DNA from: Podarcis muralis
Lineage: Eukaryota
Reading direction: 5' to 3'
DNA: 64,000 bases
Assembly: GCF_964188315.1 (NCBI RefSeq)
Contig: NC_135655.1
Location: forward strand, 12,090,001 to 12,154,000
Shown here piece after piece: positions 49,208 to 62,221 of this stretch; position 1 is the first letter of the stretch, and every line of letters starts with the position of its first letter. A program made the position numbers and the translations under genes. Under the pieces are notes generated by a model. It made no database searches. It saw nothing but the letters and a program-made list of their open reading frames with translations, and was not told the origin of the DNA.

Positions 49208-49324
49208 CTAAGAACAGCAGCTGCCTTCCTAACCCTTGTTTAAATGGTGGAACCTGTGTTGGCAGTGGAGATTCCTTTTCTTGCATTTGTAAAGAAGGTT
49301 GGGAAGGGCGTACGTGCACACAGA
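49208..49324 (+). CDS. JAG2: JAG2 exon 18 (EGF14)
   Basis: attaaag|CT AAG...CAG A|gtaagt; 117 nt; [39 protein letters not shown]. Confidence 0.95.
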
Positions 49325-49479
49325 GTAAGTGTTTTCCTCTTTTGTGTCAAGACTGACACTTCTAATGGCTGTAGATTATTCCAATTTGGGCCCAATTCCT
49401 GATGGCTTCACTCACAAGGATCATGGAAACATGCAAGCCTACTCACCACAGCAAGGTGGCGATCCGGCGAGTGAGTGGC

Positions 49480-49893
49480 CTTTACATATAAAGCCCTAAA
49501 TGGACTGTGGTATCTCAAGGACCCCCCTCCCCCTTATGACCACCCTGGACCGTGCAATAATCATCTGAGGCCCTTCTTTGTGTACTTCCTCTATGAGAGG
49601 TCTGGAGGATAACAACATGAGAACCGGCCTTTTCTGTGGTGGCTCCACGTTTGTGGAATGCTCTCCCCAGGAAGGTTCGCCTGGTAGCTTTGGTACATAT
49701 TTTTAGGCACCAAGCAAAAGCATTTCTCTATAACCAGGCCTTGGGCTGTTTCTCTGACCTTTTAAAAGTGGGGTTTTTGTGGGGGAGGGGGTTATTTGGT
49801 TTGTTTGTGTTTTTGTTTTGTTATGTATTTTGTGTTCTCACTTTGTATTTTTATGTTGTGAACTGACCTGTGATCTTTGAATGAAGGGCAGTA

Positions 49894-49936
<43 letters not shown>
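49480..49936 (+). mobile_element. L2-type LINE 3' end followed by (TAC)n
   Basis: tataaagccctaaatgg, ttctgtggtggctccacgtttgtggaatgctctcccc and a microsatellite tail. Confidence 0.7.
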
Positions 49937-49937
<1 letters not shown>

Positions 49938-51151
49938 ATAGTAATAATAGCTCTTGTTCAAAATATCCAGAAAGTTCATTATTGCTTATAATTGGGAGTC
50001 CTGCATATCACCAGCTTTTGAGACTGAACTATATAAATCATGTCGGAATATTTTCCTTAGTACTACCTTGGGAGATTTTAACTAGCATGCCAATATGCTG
50101 ATTTGCTTAGGTGTGGCACAGTTTGAGTTTGTGGCTCAAGTCGGAACATGCACAAAATGTTATACCTAGTCAAAAACTTCAACCCTGCATTGAAATTACA
50201 TTTAATTGCCTCTGTCTTGGTTAAGTTGTTGGCCCTCGCCACTGTTTATAGTGCATGGAGCTACCATTTATTTATGGCTAAAACAGCTGGCTAGGGGAGA
50301 GAGAGGGAGGCTGTTCTGGTAGTGGCTCCATGTGAGGGAGCAATCTGTGGTACCTGGAAATGACTTCTTGCTGTTCTTCATTCAGCATCTATTCTAGAGC
50401 CATTTAAACTGTTTCCTTGCGCACTTTGCAAGTTGATTAGATAGGAAAGGAAGTTTCCTCAACACACTTCAATCTGGAATTTAGCTGCATAGTCGAAAGG
50501 TCAATGGGAAGTGGAATCTAGTTGAAAGCAAGGAAAGGAATCCTTAATTCAAATATTGTCTTGTGTTAAGTGGTCATTACACAAATTACAAACCCAAAGT
50601 TCTAAATATGGGATCCAGCCCAGATTACTTCTACAAGGTGTGGTTTACGCACATAGCCTTATATAGTGGGAAATGACATAAGAGCTGGTACTTGCTCAGC
50701 ATACCTTGAGAAATGAATTCAGAGGTCCCATGCCTCCTCTTAAAAGTGCATTTGTTTTCCCTCATTATATTTTGATGGGCCTTACAATACAATTCTCCTG
50801 TACTGCTGATAGCCACATTTAAGAGTTGAAGTGGTGCCTTTACTGTCTAGAATGTGTCTTTTTTGAGGTTGGTAACTGATGTTTGTGTGCCACCTATACC
50901 TGCAACAGTCATGTGACATTTCCATAGCACTGTCATGTGATGAGAGCACATGTAATGACATTGGTCACACACAACAGAAAACCATGGTTTAGTGGTACTC
51001 AGCAAGCTTCTAGGAGTCCAGGAAAAACCTTGGAGTTGCATGTTCTCCCATTTTCCTCCTGTACAGTCCATCTTCTCCATCTACATATGAGAGGAAGACT
51101 TCTGAGTTTAGTTTTACTTTTAACAAATCACTGTTTAGCGTTTTTAATGTT

Positions 51152-51358
51152 TGAAGTGATAAATAGGGACCGCTTACTAGCGGGAAGGTAAATGGTGTTT
51201 CTGTGTGCGGCTCTGGCTCGCCAGAGCAGCAATGTCACGCTGGCCACGTGACCCAGAAGTGTCTCCGGACAGCGCTGGCCCCCGGCCTCTTGAGTGAGAT
51301 GGGCGCACAACCCTAGAGTCTGTCAAGACTGGCCCGTACGGGCAGGGGTACCTTTACC
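51152..51358 (+). mobile_element. Sauria SINE, 5'-truncated
   Basis: 3' half plus ACCTTT tail; candidate TSD TTTAATGTT. Confidence 0.9.
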
Positions 51359-51431
51359 TTTAATGTTCTGTTGAAAGCCGCCCAGAGTGGCTGGGGAAAC
51401 CCAGCCAGAGGGGCAGGGTAGAAATAATAAA

Positions 51432-51462
<31 letters not shown>

Positions 51463-51668
51463 TACTATTACTATTATTATTTGTTGTTGTTGTTTATTAC
51501 AGACCAGGGATTCTGTTTTAAAACTCTATAGTTTCTAAATAAGCCAATAAATTAATATGGGTGGCATGCAAGAAAACTGTGTGTACATAGACCTGCTAGA
51601 TCAAGGCACAGTTTTTATACTGTGTACATAATTCAGTGCACTGATTCAGTTTAATTTTCTTTGTTCAG

Positions 51669-51696
51669 ATATTAACGACTGCAATCCACATCCATG
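51669..51696 (+). CDS. JAG2: JAG2 exon 19 (28-nt micro-exon, start of EGF15)
   Basis: ttcag|AT ATT AAC GAC TGC AAT CCA CAT CCA TG|gtaagt; NINDCNPHPC; phases fit exons 18 and 20. Confidence 0.95.
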
Positions 51697-53269
51697 GTAA
51701 GTACTCATGATCATTCTTTTTTCAAAATGTCCTAGTACAATGGCTGAATGCGAATAATCCTGTTAATCAAGGCTACTTAAGCCCTATATTCTATCTAAAC
51801 TATTGTGCTGGTCTTTCCAATGAACTTCCTGTATTTCTTTGCTAACTGGCAGCTCTGCCAATACGTATTCTCCTATGGAGCCTGGTTACTGCTCCGTAGT
51901 GGTAATATGAGATTTGTAGTTTGAAAAGTTCTATGAAATTAGCCTAAAAAAAAATAAAAAAATTAAAAATCCCACTAAAGCTATTAGGCTCATTCAGTTA
52001 TAGGTATTTGGCATTTGTGTCAAGAGTAGGAGTTTAAAGTGGGAAGACAATAACAAAGCAGAAAGCGCCTAAATGTTAACCATAATGAATCTTGACATGA
52101 AAATAATACCAATGGTTTTATAATTGAGCATTTGAGGACACAGTGTATACAAAAGATTCCTGTGCCCATTTTGACTAAATCCTTGCATTTGAAGGGCTGA
52201 AAAGGACCTCTGCCATCTAGTTGAACCCAGCAGCATATATGAGGGGCTAGTTGACCCTAAGTGTGAAGAACCACCTGCCCATCCTCTTAAAAGCTGCCTC
52301 GCACATGTTAGGGATGAGGAGAGAATCCAGAAAGCTGTATCTCCAAAGCGGACACACCCTACCCCATCTGCCCAGACCAATTAGGGCAGGTGCTTACTCT
52401 GAAACCCACACTTGAAAGATTCCTAGCCTCCTGTAGATTTGCACATGAGGTGGCCTGACAGCTGCTTGTCTGTCATCAGCTTTCGCTGTTTTTAAAAAAG
52501 GTAATTTCAACTTCCTAAGGGTGGCTAGCTAGCACACGGGGCTCCTCTCGCCTCTCACTTTGAAATCAATGTAGAAAGCCCACCTGGGAGTAGTTGGTCT
52601 TGACAATATGCTGTTGGTCTCAGGTAACTTTATGTTCAATTTCCCCTGAGACTCTATAAGGGGGAATTGGATGTAAAATGCACATAAAATCTCTCCTGAG
52701 AGCCAAGGCGCATCATCAGAACTTCTCTGCTCGGGCGACTTACTACATTGATTTCCACAGAGTGTTGTCCTCATATCTCTGTCATGCTTGTCTTGAAGCG
52801 AAACAGTACAGACATCTAGGGAATGTTCCTGGGAGTGAGCCGCAACTGGCCAGTGCTCACTTCATATGTGAAGTTTTGATGCGTTTGCGTCTCCACTCTT
52901 TCCAGTCAAATATTACCAAAAGGATGCATGTTGAGGATGCAAAGGCAACACACGCTTTCCTCTTGTAACGTGCAAAGCAGCCTTCAAATTATTCAGAGAA
53001 ATAATTTCTATCCCTTCTTTATAGTCCTTATCCAGTCTTTTTTAAAAGTACATTGTTCCTTCCACAATCTCAGGAAAGCTGATTGCTATCTGCTTATTGA
53101 ACAGCACAGTTCTCCAGTGCCTCTTTGTCTTTGAGTATTCCTGCCCTGTGTATAATAATTCAGACTTTGGTGTACTGTACTTTGTCTACATGTTGCAAAG
53201 CTTCCAGGTCTTGTTCCCGGCCCGTGATGGTTGTAGAGTTTCTGGAACCTGCTATAACTGCATTCAGAA

Positions 53270-53330
53270 GCTCTGCAGCCATAGGAACCTGGAACATGGC
53301 AACTTTTTTTGATGCAGTAATCTAAATGTA
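53270..53330 (+). mobile_element. possible RTE endonuclease start remnant
   Basis: Translates to IGTWNMATF, resembling the RTE APE motif IGTWNVRTL. Confidence 0.4.
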
Positions 53331-53820
53331 ATGAAAGCAAGTGGATTTTAAAATGTCAAGTTAGCTTTGGAATGAGTACACATTTCTAAAGCTGTGTCTT
53401 TGCTTAAAAAGCAGTTGGTCTAAGAATTATTCTATATTGCTCCTTGTATTCTTTAAAGCATGTCTGTCCCATTGTCTTTCCATTTTATTAGAAAATATGG
53501 GGTTTGAATGAAAACTGGTTCAATGCTCTCCTTACTATGCTGCTTCTCTTAATGGGAATAGACCCCCTCCTCTGTGCCACTGATTATTTAATTAACAATG
53601 TTTAATTGGAGAAGTTAAGACAATGCAGATGGTTTATTAAATGGGCGTACCTTATGAATTAACTAAGCATCTTGAATCCTGCATGACTGAATAGTGAGAC
53701 AATGTCTGTTGATACAAATAAAAGAAATTTGCATTTGAGCAGGCCATTATGTACACAAACCCAAAGGTTCTTATCTCTCGGCTTGTGGAACTACCCTGAC
53801 AGCCTTCATTGCAATGATAG

Positions 53821-53970
<150 letters not shown>

Positions 53971-54205
53971 TGAACTCTTTGTTGCATTTGAGTTTCGATG
54001 CATTAAGCATTCGTCAGCTGTATCCCAAATAATGAAGCAGAAGCTAACTGAATTATTCACAGATCCTGACCCTTGTAAAGAATGGTGACCGCTTTGTTTT
54101 TGGACAGAATTCCTTTCTTCATTTGACAAATGCAACTAACAGTGATTTGGCATAAATTGTATCTAAGCTGTACACCCCAGCCCTTAGTGAAACCTTTCCT
54201 TAGAC

Positions 54206-54539
54206 CAGGGGTCTGCAACCTTTAAGACAAAAAGAGCCACTTGGACCCGTTTCCGAAGAAAAAACAACAACTGGGAGCCGCAAAACCATTGCGAAATTTA
54301 AAACAAATATATCTCCGGAGCCGCAATCTGACAGCGGGCGGGAAGGTGACGTCGGGACGGTGCGCGACTAACGCACGCACCGCCCCCATGCGACGTCACA
54401 GCCAGTACAGCGCCCGCCACAGTGAGGAGTGTCGGGGCGCACAATGCGCCTCCTCCCCTCGCTAGTATCCGCCCCGGAGCCGCGGCAAAGATGTAAAAGA
54501 GCCACATGCGGCTCCGGAGCCGCGGGTTGCAGACCCCTG
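54206..54539. mobile_element. hAT (Charlie-like) MITE, young and CpG-rich
   Basis: Perfect 15-bp TIR CAGGGGTCTGCAACC; perfect 8-bp TSD CCTTAGAC. Confidence 0.93.
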
Positions 54540-55046
54540 CCTTAGACAGTATCCATAAACAAAGCATTGGGATTTTTTTAATAGGACTTGCCCCTTGAAG
54601 TGTATCTTTACATGCATTTCACATGCTAAATATATGCTGCTTGAAAGAAGTAGTAATGTTCTGATATCTTCCTCTAGTAAGAATGCATACTAAAAATGGT
54701 GTAACCTATCCTGAATCTTTTAGCGGCAGTACAACTCCAGTAGAACATCTTAATTCCTGGAATGCTCAGCAGTGTTGCTAGATCATCGGGACATAAATGT
54801 TAGCTAGCACGGGGAAATATAAACAGAATTATTTGGGGGAATTTTCAGTGCACAGCCACAGGTTACACATGATACTGACTAATGCTTCTACAGACGAGTC
54901 CTCTTACTTTTTAGCATCCTGTAATACTGTATAAAGCCTGTTTACAACTTTATACAGATGTCTGGTTGGGCTGAACTGTGCTCCAAAATTGTAAACAGTT
55001 TGTACATAGAGCATTGTATTAAAACGCTTGTTTTCTTCCCTTTCAG

Positions 55047-55160
55047 ATATTGATGAATGCCAGTCCTCTCCGTGTGCATACGGTTCTACGTGTATTGATG
55101 AAATAAATGGCTACAGGTGCATTTGCCCCCCTGGGCGAGCTGGAACTAGATGCCAAGAAG
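55047..55160 (+). CDS. JAG2: JAG2 exon 21 (EGF16)
   Basis: ttcag|AT ATT...GAA G|gtaact; 114 nt; [38 protein letters not shown]. Confidence 0.97.
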
Positions 55161-55346
55161 GTAACTTAATGCTTTAAACTGAGAGCAATAAATATCAAAT
55201 GCTACTTCGCAGTGTCTTGCACAGCGGCATGTGCTATAGCTTATCTGTTACATGAACTTGGTATTCTCTTTTGGCTTGATGCAATACTTAAAATGAAAAC
55301 TATTCCCTGTTCTTTCTCCCCCATCCCCCACCCCACCCCACCCAAG

Positions 55347-55462
55347 TGATAGGATTTGGAAAGTCTTGCTGGCTTAAAGGAACATCCTTTCCCCATGGCA
55401 GCAGATGGGATCAAGAATGCAACAACTGCCACTGTCTGGATGGCCACATTGAGTGCACCAAG
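55347..55462 (+). CDS. JAG2: JAG2 exon 22 (vWC/cysteine-rich domain start)
   Basis: cccaag|TG ATA GGA...AAG|gtagtt; 116 nt; [39 protein letters not shown]; alternative in-frame acceptor 6 nt downstream. Confidence 0.93.
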
Positions 55463-55700
55463 GTAGTTACATGAAGTTGAAAGCTAAATCATTTAAATTC
55501 CCTATTCCTTCAAACTTTTCAACCCTCACCGCACTCACGTGTCAGCTTCATTAATTTACTTCTGTGACATTTTCAGCACATGGTTGCATTGAGAACTGCT
55601 ACTCCCCCATCCCTTTGCTCCCTCCAAGTTTCACCTGAGATTCACTTAATGCTTATTATAACTTAGGCTTGACATCCCTCTTGCTCAGGAGTCAGTGGAA

Positions 55701-56083
55701 CAGGGGTCCCCAAACTAAGGCCCACGGGCCGGATAAGGCCCGAGGGACTCATTTATCGGGCCCGCAGCAACCCCCGCCGCCCGCTCTTACCGGTGCTGCG
55801 CTGCGTGGCTGCCCACTTTCAGGTTGGAGGAGCACCGGAAATAGCTTGTGCGCATGCGCAGGCATTATTTGTGCATGCGCAAACATTAATTTCGGTGCAC
55901 ATCCGGGTTGGAGGAGGCCTGTGCACATGCGCACAAGTTATTTCTAGTGCTTCTCTGACCCGAAAGTGCGCTGGAAATAGTGTGTGTGCACGCGTATGGG
56001 CACGCACTCCCCTGCTCTCCAGCCCGCCGTGCAGTCAGCGCTGGAGACACCGGCCCGAGGCGTGGTAAGTTTGCTGACCCCTG
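55701..56083. mobile_element. hAT MITE with internal repeats
   Basis: TIR CAGGGGTC(CC/AG)CAAACT; perfect 8-bp TSD CAGTGGAA. Confidence 0.92.
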
Positions 56084-56348
56084 CAGTGGAATAATCCCTG
56101 TAATGATTGTATGCACAATGTAAAGAAATCAGTTTGATCTGAGTAGCATTGCTGAGCCTAGAAGTGCAAATCTCGGTGCTTTGTAATAATCACCTGAGAT
56201 AGGAGATGAGCATTACAGTCTCCAAAATATTCTGTGGCTTGGATTAGCTAGAAGAGAAGCCTCCTTGTTTGAACTACAAGCTACTACATCCCTTATTTTC
56301 ATGATTGTCCATTGTTACACGCTAAAAATCCCCTCTGCTACATTCTAG

Positions 56349-56597
56349 GTGTGGTGTGGGAGAAAATCTTGTTTGTTGACCAAACATGGGGACCATGCTA
56401 GTCACCAATGCGCCAGAGGTCAAGAATGCCAAGAGAAAATGTACACCAAATGTTTCCAACCGCCTTGTGCTGACTGGGGGGAATGCAGTGAATCAGAACC
56501 TCTTCCTGTCAACATCAAGTGCCCCCCCAATTCGGGTTACTTGGACAACAGCTGTGCAAGAATCACGCTGATTTTTAACAGAGACAAAGTACCCCAG
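56349..56597 (+). CDS. JAG2: JAG2 exon 23 (cysteine-rich domain)
   Basis: ctag|GTG TGG...CAG|gtgaga; 249 nt; VWCGRKSCLL...NSCARITLIFNRDKVPQ. Confidence 0.97.
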
Positions 56598-58071
56598 GTG
56601 AGAATTTGAAGTCTTACGAACATCTTGACAGAGTTTCTAAGCAATGCACAACGTTGAAACCTAGAAATCTTGCTTGAAAAATGTGCTTCTTTATCACTTC
56701 CAACTGCCTCGGTTTTTCAGACATCTGCCATGGAGTTCAGCTGAGTGATCCATAAGAAGGTACCTTAGACTGAGTTAGACCCATTGGTCCATCCAGTGGG
56801 CTGATAACTGACTGGCCCTGGCTTTCTCGGTTTTCAGATAACAACCTTTCCCAGGGATTGAACCTAAGGACTTTCTGCGTGCAAAGCATTTGTTGTACCG
56901 CTGAGCCCTTTCCCCTTTGAGCTCCACTGAGCAGAGAAGGGGAAGTGCTGCTTCTAAGCACCAGAATTACTCAGCACTAGTTAGTTCTGAAATAAAGGCT
57001 TTGCGTGGGTGCAGATTAGGGTGCAGCTGGTTTCCTCCGAGGAAAATCCATTGAGACTCCTGTGGTCTTGGTTTGAGTTAGCTTTGGATTTAAAGAAAGG
57101 TGTGAATTGTTTGTTTTAAATGCTCTAATGCGTTTCAGTGCACTGCCCCAAAGAACGAACATCAGTGATAGATTGCAGTGTAGAGCTTTCAGAATGATCC
57201 AAGGACGCAAGCCAGTTTTGTGAAGGCTAGGTACAGGTGCTGTGGACCTTGGACTTTTCCCTGTATTTGCTTTTTGAAGTGTCTTTTAAACAAGCCACCA
57301 GCTTTCCAGTCTTTCAAAACTTGCCTTGCTTGTTAGGCCCTTATCTGCACTATGGAGTCTTCTGCAGAATGTTGGGTGTCCTCTGACTTGTCAGTGGCAT
57401 CTTCAGTGGGCTACCATTCCTCCTGCTCCTAGTGAAAAGGAAATGCAGCAATCCCAAAGAGCGAGCACAACTTTAGGAAAGCTTTGCATGCCAGTCCATA
57501 GAAATTATTTATTACTGTCCTTTATACTTTCCCATCCATCACCGTCATCAGTCAGTGCAGCAGTTTGGAGCTGAGGTTACTTTATAAGTAACCAAAAGAC
57601 CATTTCACATTGGATTTACCTGTAAAGTAAGCCGGTGTTGTGCTTTACCTTTTCTACCTATGAATTCACAAGACAAACACATTTGTAGTGTCAGATTGTT
57701 TCCTCCCAGCCTTGAGAATAAATTCTGTGGGGGAGGGAGGTCATCCTGGAGGTGAACCCCCCATTCCTTTTGTTCAGGTCTTCATTAATACCACCTGTGA
57801 TTTAAGGTAAACTTCAGTTCCCTTCCTATCTTCCCAGAATGCTCCAAGAGACTACAAAACGGTCCAGTGAGAATGCTGAACATTGGAGCAGTGCTTCTAA
57901 TGTTTTAAGTCCACTGTTTGTGTGCCTGGGCATCAAATGACACTGAGAGATTTGGAGCGAGCCTTTTTTCTACTTTACTGTTATATCAATTTATCATTTC
58001 TAAATTGTTCTGAAATTAGTGTGTTATACTCCGGTTTTCTAGAAGAGTTGGTCTTGTTTTCTTTCTCACAG

Positions 58072-58203
58072 GGCACTACTGTTGAAAATATTTGCTCAGA
58101 AATCAGATATTTACCAGCCACTAGGTCCGTTTCTAGTGAGAGAATGCTACTGGTGTTGTGTGATCTATCGTACTCCATAGAAAACGCCGTGGAAGTTGCT
58201 ATT
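58072..58203 (+). CDS. JAG2: JAG2 exon 24
   Basis: cacag|GGC...ATT|gtaagt; 132 nt; [44 protein letters not shown]. Confidence 0.97.
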
Positions 58204-58935
58204 GTAAGTGTTAAACTTCTTTCTAAGTGGGAAAAATGTGTTGTCTGTAGTAGCCTTGATGAAAGCAGGTGTCAGAAAGACTCAAGACCCTGAGCTAGTT
58301 ACCATGAGCTTCATCAGGAAACCAGTTGAAGATTTACATACTTATTAAAATATTTCTGTACCACCATATCATAAAATATATCAAGGCAATATGCACTGAA
58401 ACAAAACATCATTACAAGGTTTCCTCGCTTAAAAAAAAAAAAATACCAATAGTCAATTCAGGTGACAACTATTCAAAAGCTAAACAGATGTTGAGATGCA
58501 TTGTTGAAATGTGGCCAAATCTATCAAAGAAACTGGGATAGTGACAAGAGCAGAAGGGTTGGATGTGAGTGCGTGAGGCAGAGGGAGAACAGGGTTGAGA
58601 CCTTCCTTGGGTGAGAGACAGAGGAGCAGAAGGCCTTCAGTTCACAGTTAATGCAATTATGGAAGAGGGCAATGGATGTCTTGGGTAGGTAGAAGCCAGG
58701 GAAAGACTGGGTTTAACCCGGTAGCCACTATACAAAAAAATTATAGCATTCCACTAAGCGATCTTTTGCTGCTACCCTGTACAGAGCCAGCCTCAAAACT
58801 CCATTATAATATTGCTGGTTACACTAAGACAATTGCTTGAGCGAAACAGAAAAGCATCAGAGAATGAAGAGAAGTACTTGAGATTTGTCTTCAGCCCAAG
58901 AGCTCATCCATACTTTTAACCCATATCTTGATCAG

Positions 58936-59160
58936 ATTGTGTACCAATCAGTTCCCCGGGTACAAGAGCTTTTCTCATCATAGCTGTGCCTTGCAAAAAT
59001 CCCATCTGACCTGCTGAACTGAAGCTCGCTTAAAGCAAAATCTCTTCCAATTTTACACACATATGATACGATCTGATTCAGCAGGTACGACCTGATTTTT
59101 GCAAGGCAAAACAAGGAAAGCTCTCAGACCTTGGGGGGGGGGGGTTGATTGGTACACAAT
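58936..59160. repeat. fold-back element with perfect 15-bp inverted repeat
   Basis: ATTGTGTACCAATCA / TGATTGGTACACAAT; inner ACCTGCTGAA / TTCAGCAGGT. Confidence 0.7.
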
Positions 59161-59632
59161 ATGGGTCAAGCAAAAGTGTGGGTGACTCCTAGCACTCTGC
59201 TGCTTTTCTTAACTGCCATCAAATTGTTTTATGAATTGTTTTACTGAGTGTAACATTTAAGTTACCTTGTATGCCTCTTTTGGTGGTGGAACAATGGGAT
59301 ACATGTTTTGTGTGTTGGTGGTGGTGGTGGTTATTTGTACCCCGTCCATCTGACTTAGCTACTCCAGGCTGCTTCCAACAAATATACAAACATAATGAAA
59401 TATAAAATATATATAATGCTGGAGTCAAGCGTGAATTGAGAGAGTGGCTGCTACCTTTTCTTTATTTAGAAGGAAAACATTGCAAGTAATGTAACAAATC
59501 CTGGCCCATTGTTTTCCGTGTGGCAAAGCAGTTACAATTACAAACACAGCTCTATGTCCTCACTGTTCCTCTGAAAGTGGAAAGTGACTTAGGACCAAAG
59601 ACTGCTGTTGATGGAGGAGATCCTATTTTGTT

Positions 59633-59636
<4 letters not shown>

Positions 59637-59662
<26 letters not shown>
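59637..59662. repeat. (GT)n microsatellite
   Basis: Direct reading. Confidence 0.9.
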
Positions 59663-59666
<4 letters not shown>

Positions 59667-60230
59667 CGCGCACACTTAAAATCAGGTGTGGAAGTCTCCG
59701 GGTTTTTTTATTGCAGCAGTGGGGCCAGGGAAGAAGGCATTTAACCCTTCCTGTAAAGAATTAGCCATAGGGTGAGGAAACTGTGTGAGCCTCTTGTTTC
59801 TTCCCCCGCCCCCGCTTTTGTGGGATTAATAGTAGCTTGTGGGGAATTTGCACAAGGGAATATCGTCAATTACTCCCTTGCCCAGTAAAACTGCTCTGAC
59901 ACACATACACACCACAGCTGTTTTCAACAAACAAAAACCAGATGGGATAGCCAAGCACGCATCTCTCGTGCCGCATCTGTTTCAGCCCCGAGGATTTGAT
60001 GAGTAGTTGGTAGGCTCATTGGGAAAGCTACATAGTTGGCCCTCTCAATACATGGAGCTGGTCAGAAAATAACGGATCCTGCTTGTCTCTATCAGCCCTT
60101 AGTGCCTTCATAGGTTGGAGAAGGGAAGAGCAAATATTATAGGATATACACGTGAGCAAGCTAGAGGTTGCCTTCCTAAACTTGATTTCTTTCTACTTGC
60201 AACATGAATTGCCTAGGAAATAAACAGTTA

Positions 60231-60585
60231 CAGTGGTACCTCGCAAGACGAATGTCTCGCAAGACAAAAAACTCGCAAGACGAAAGGGTTTTTGGTTTTT
60301 TGAGTTGCTTTGCAAGACGATTTTCCCTATGGGCTTGCTTCGCAAGACGGGAACGTCTTGCAAGTTTGTTTCCTTTTTCTTAACACCATTAATACAGTTA
60401 CGACTTGACTTTGAGGAGCAACTCATAGCATGCGGTGTGGTAGCCTTTTTTGAGGTTTTTGAAGACTTTGGTGATTTTTGAAGCTTTTCCAAAACTTTTC
60501 CAAAACCGTGCTTCGCAAGACGAAAAAAATCGCAAGGCGAAAAAAATCGCGGAACGAATTAATTTCGTCTTGTGAGGCACCACTG
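60231..60585. mobile_element. Tc1/mariner-type MITE (copy of the 3927-4274 family)
   Basis: Same TIRs and body, TA TSD. Confidence 0.92.
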
Positions 60586-61228
60586 TACCTACAATTGTGC
60601 AGTTCAGAGTTTGGTTGTAGACTTCCCTGCTGCACTGCTTCTGTTTAAAAATTGGTTAGTGAAGTCACCATGAAATTGCCTCTGATGGCTCTGGCAGAAA
60701 GGTAAGGTGAGTTCAGCTTGGAAGAGGGAAATGAACTTGGATTCCCTAAGGGTGGAAGGCTGTTAGCTGTCACCTTCCTTGTTATTAGGGCAAGGGAAAG
60801 ACGTCCTCGCGCCAAAAGGTGTAGTATTGGCCAGATATTCTTAGCTGCTCTGCTACATCTGCAACTAAAGAATACTCTGTGCTATGATGCAAACTGGAAA
60901 GCGCACAGTTATATATAACAGATCATATCATTAGTGTAGATGCCTAGTTGGATACCTTAAAAGCCTCCAAACGATGACTAAGTTTAGCTCAGAGGTATAA
61001 GTAACACGGAAGTTTGTCATGTGTAACTAACCCATACTGCTCTTAATGGGCAGGGCGCACAATGCTAGCATAATATTTCTATACTGGCGTCAAACCAGCA
61101 CTCATCCTTTAGCAGCAAAGTGGGATTCTCAGGTTCTCAGACTTGAGTCTGGTCCCCTAAAATATAACGTAACATGGCTATTTTTTAAAAAAATACTTAA
61201 GTTTCCTGTCTGTCTTCTCTGTTCCCAG

Positions 61229-61385
61229 TCTTTCATCTCGCATCAAGAGGAGACCGATAACAGCCTTATTCAGAATGCAGCCAACACTATAGTAAACACC
61301 ATTACAAAGCGACAAAACAGTACAGTTATGCTGGCAGTAACTGAAGTCAAAATAGAGACCATAGTGGTTGGGAATTCTTCATCAG
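61229..61385 (+). CDS. JAG2: JAG2 exon 25 (juxtamembrane ectodomain)
   Basis: cccag|TCT...TCA G|gtgagt; 157 nt; SFISHQEETDNSLIQNAANTIVNTITKRQNSTVMLAVTEVKIETIVVGNSSS. Confidence 0.97.
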
Positions 61386-61970
61386 GTGAGTTGTGTGTGT
61401 CTCAAGTGTTGGGTTATTTGATGGCATAACTCAAGAGTTAAGCTGTGCATCGCATGCCATTCCACGAGGCTTTTGTGAGACGGTTTTTGTTCCGTTTTTA
61501 CACAATGCAGCTGCTGAGGTTGCAACTTTGAAATGGAAGGCCAGTGGGGAGGAGCCTCTTGCATGGTCCCCGTCCCCCCATGCTAAAAATAGTTTCCTGG
61601 AGGCTATTTTTACCTCCACTAGGGAAAAGATACCTGTGTCTTTTCCCTATTAGGGGTAAAATTAGCTGAGGGGGGAGATTATCAGCAGGAAAATGGTGCA
61701 GGGTTTAAGAAGCACCACTCTCCCCCACTCCAGCTGGTTTTCTACCTCAAATTGAGGGTCTGCATTGTGTAAGGGGTGTGGGCAAGGTAGACCAATAAAG
61801 AATCATAACGCATACCACTATGCTTCGCTTTTATTCATGCAGTGAGCAGTGTTAGATGCAATTTCAGCCCCCTCCCCCTTTCTGGAACAAGGGCTGCGTG
61901 ATTCAGAAGAAGGCCTGCATAACTCTGCAAGATTATTCTTGCTAGCCGTGCCAAATGTGGCTGACCGGCA

Positions 61971-62221
61971 CAGACGTACCTTGGAAGTCGAACGGAATCC
62001 GTTCCAGAAGTCCGTTCAATTTTTAAAATGTTCAGAAACTAAAGCGCGGCTTCTGATTGGCTGCAGGAAACTCCTGCAGCCATTCAGAAGCTGCAGAAGC
62101 CCTATCGGATGTTTGGCTTCCAAAAATAGTTTGCAAACTGGAACAGTCACTTCCGGGTTTGTGGTGTTCGGGAGCCAGCTTAGTTTGAGAACTAAGCTGT
62201 TTGAAAACCAAGGTACAACTG
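61971..62221. mobile_element. Tc1/mariner-type MITE (family of 22385-22610)
   Basis: Reverse complement aligns with the 22385 copy. Confidence 0.8.
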
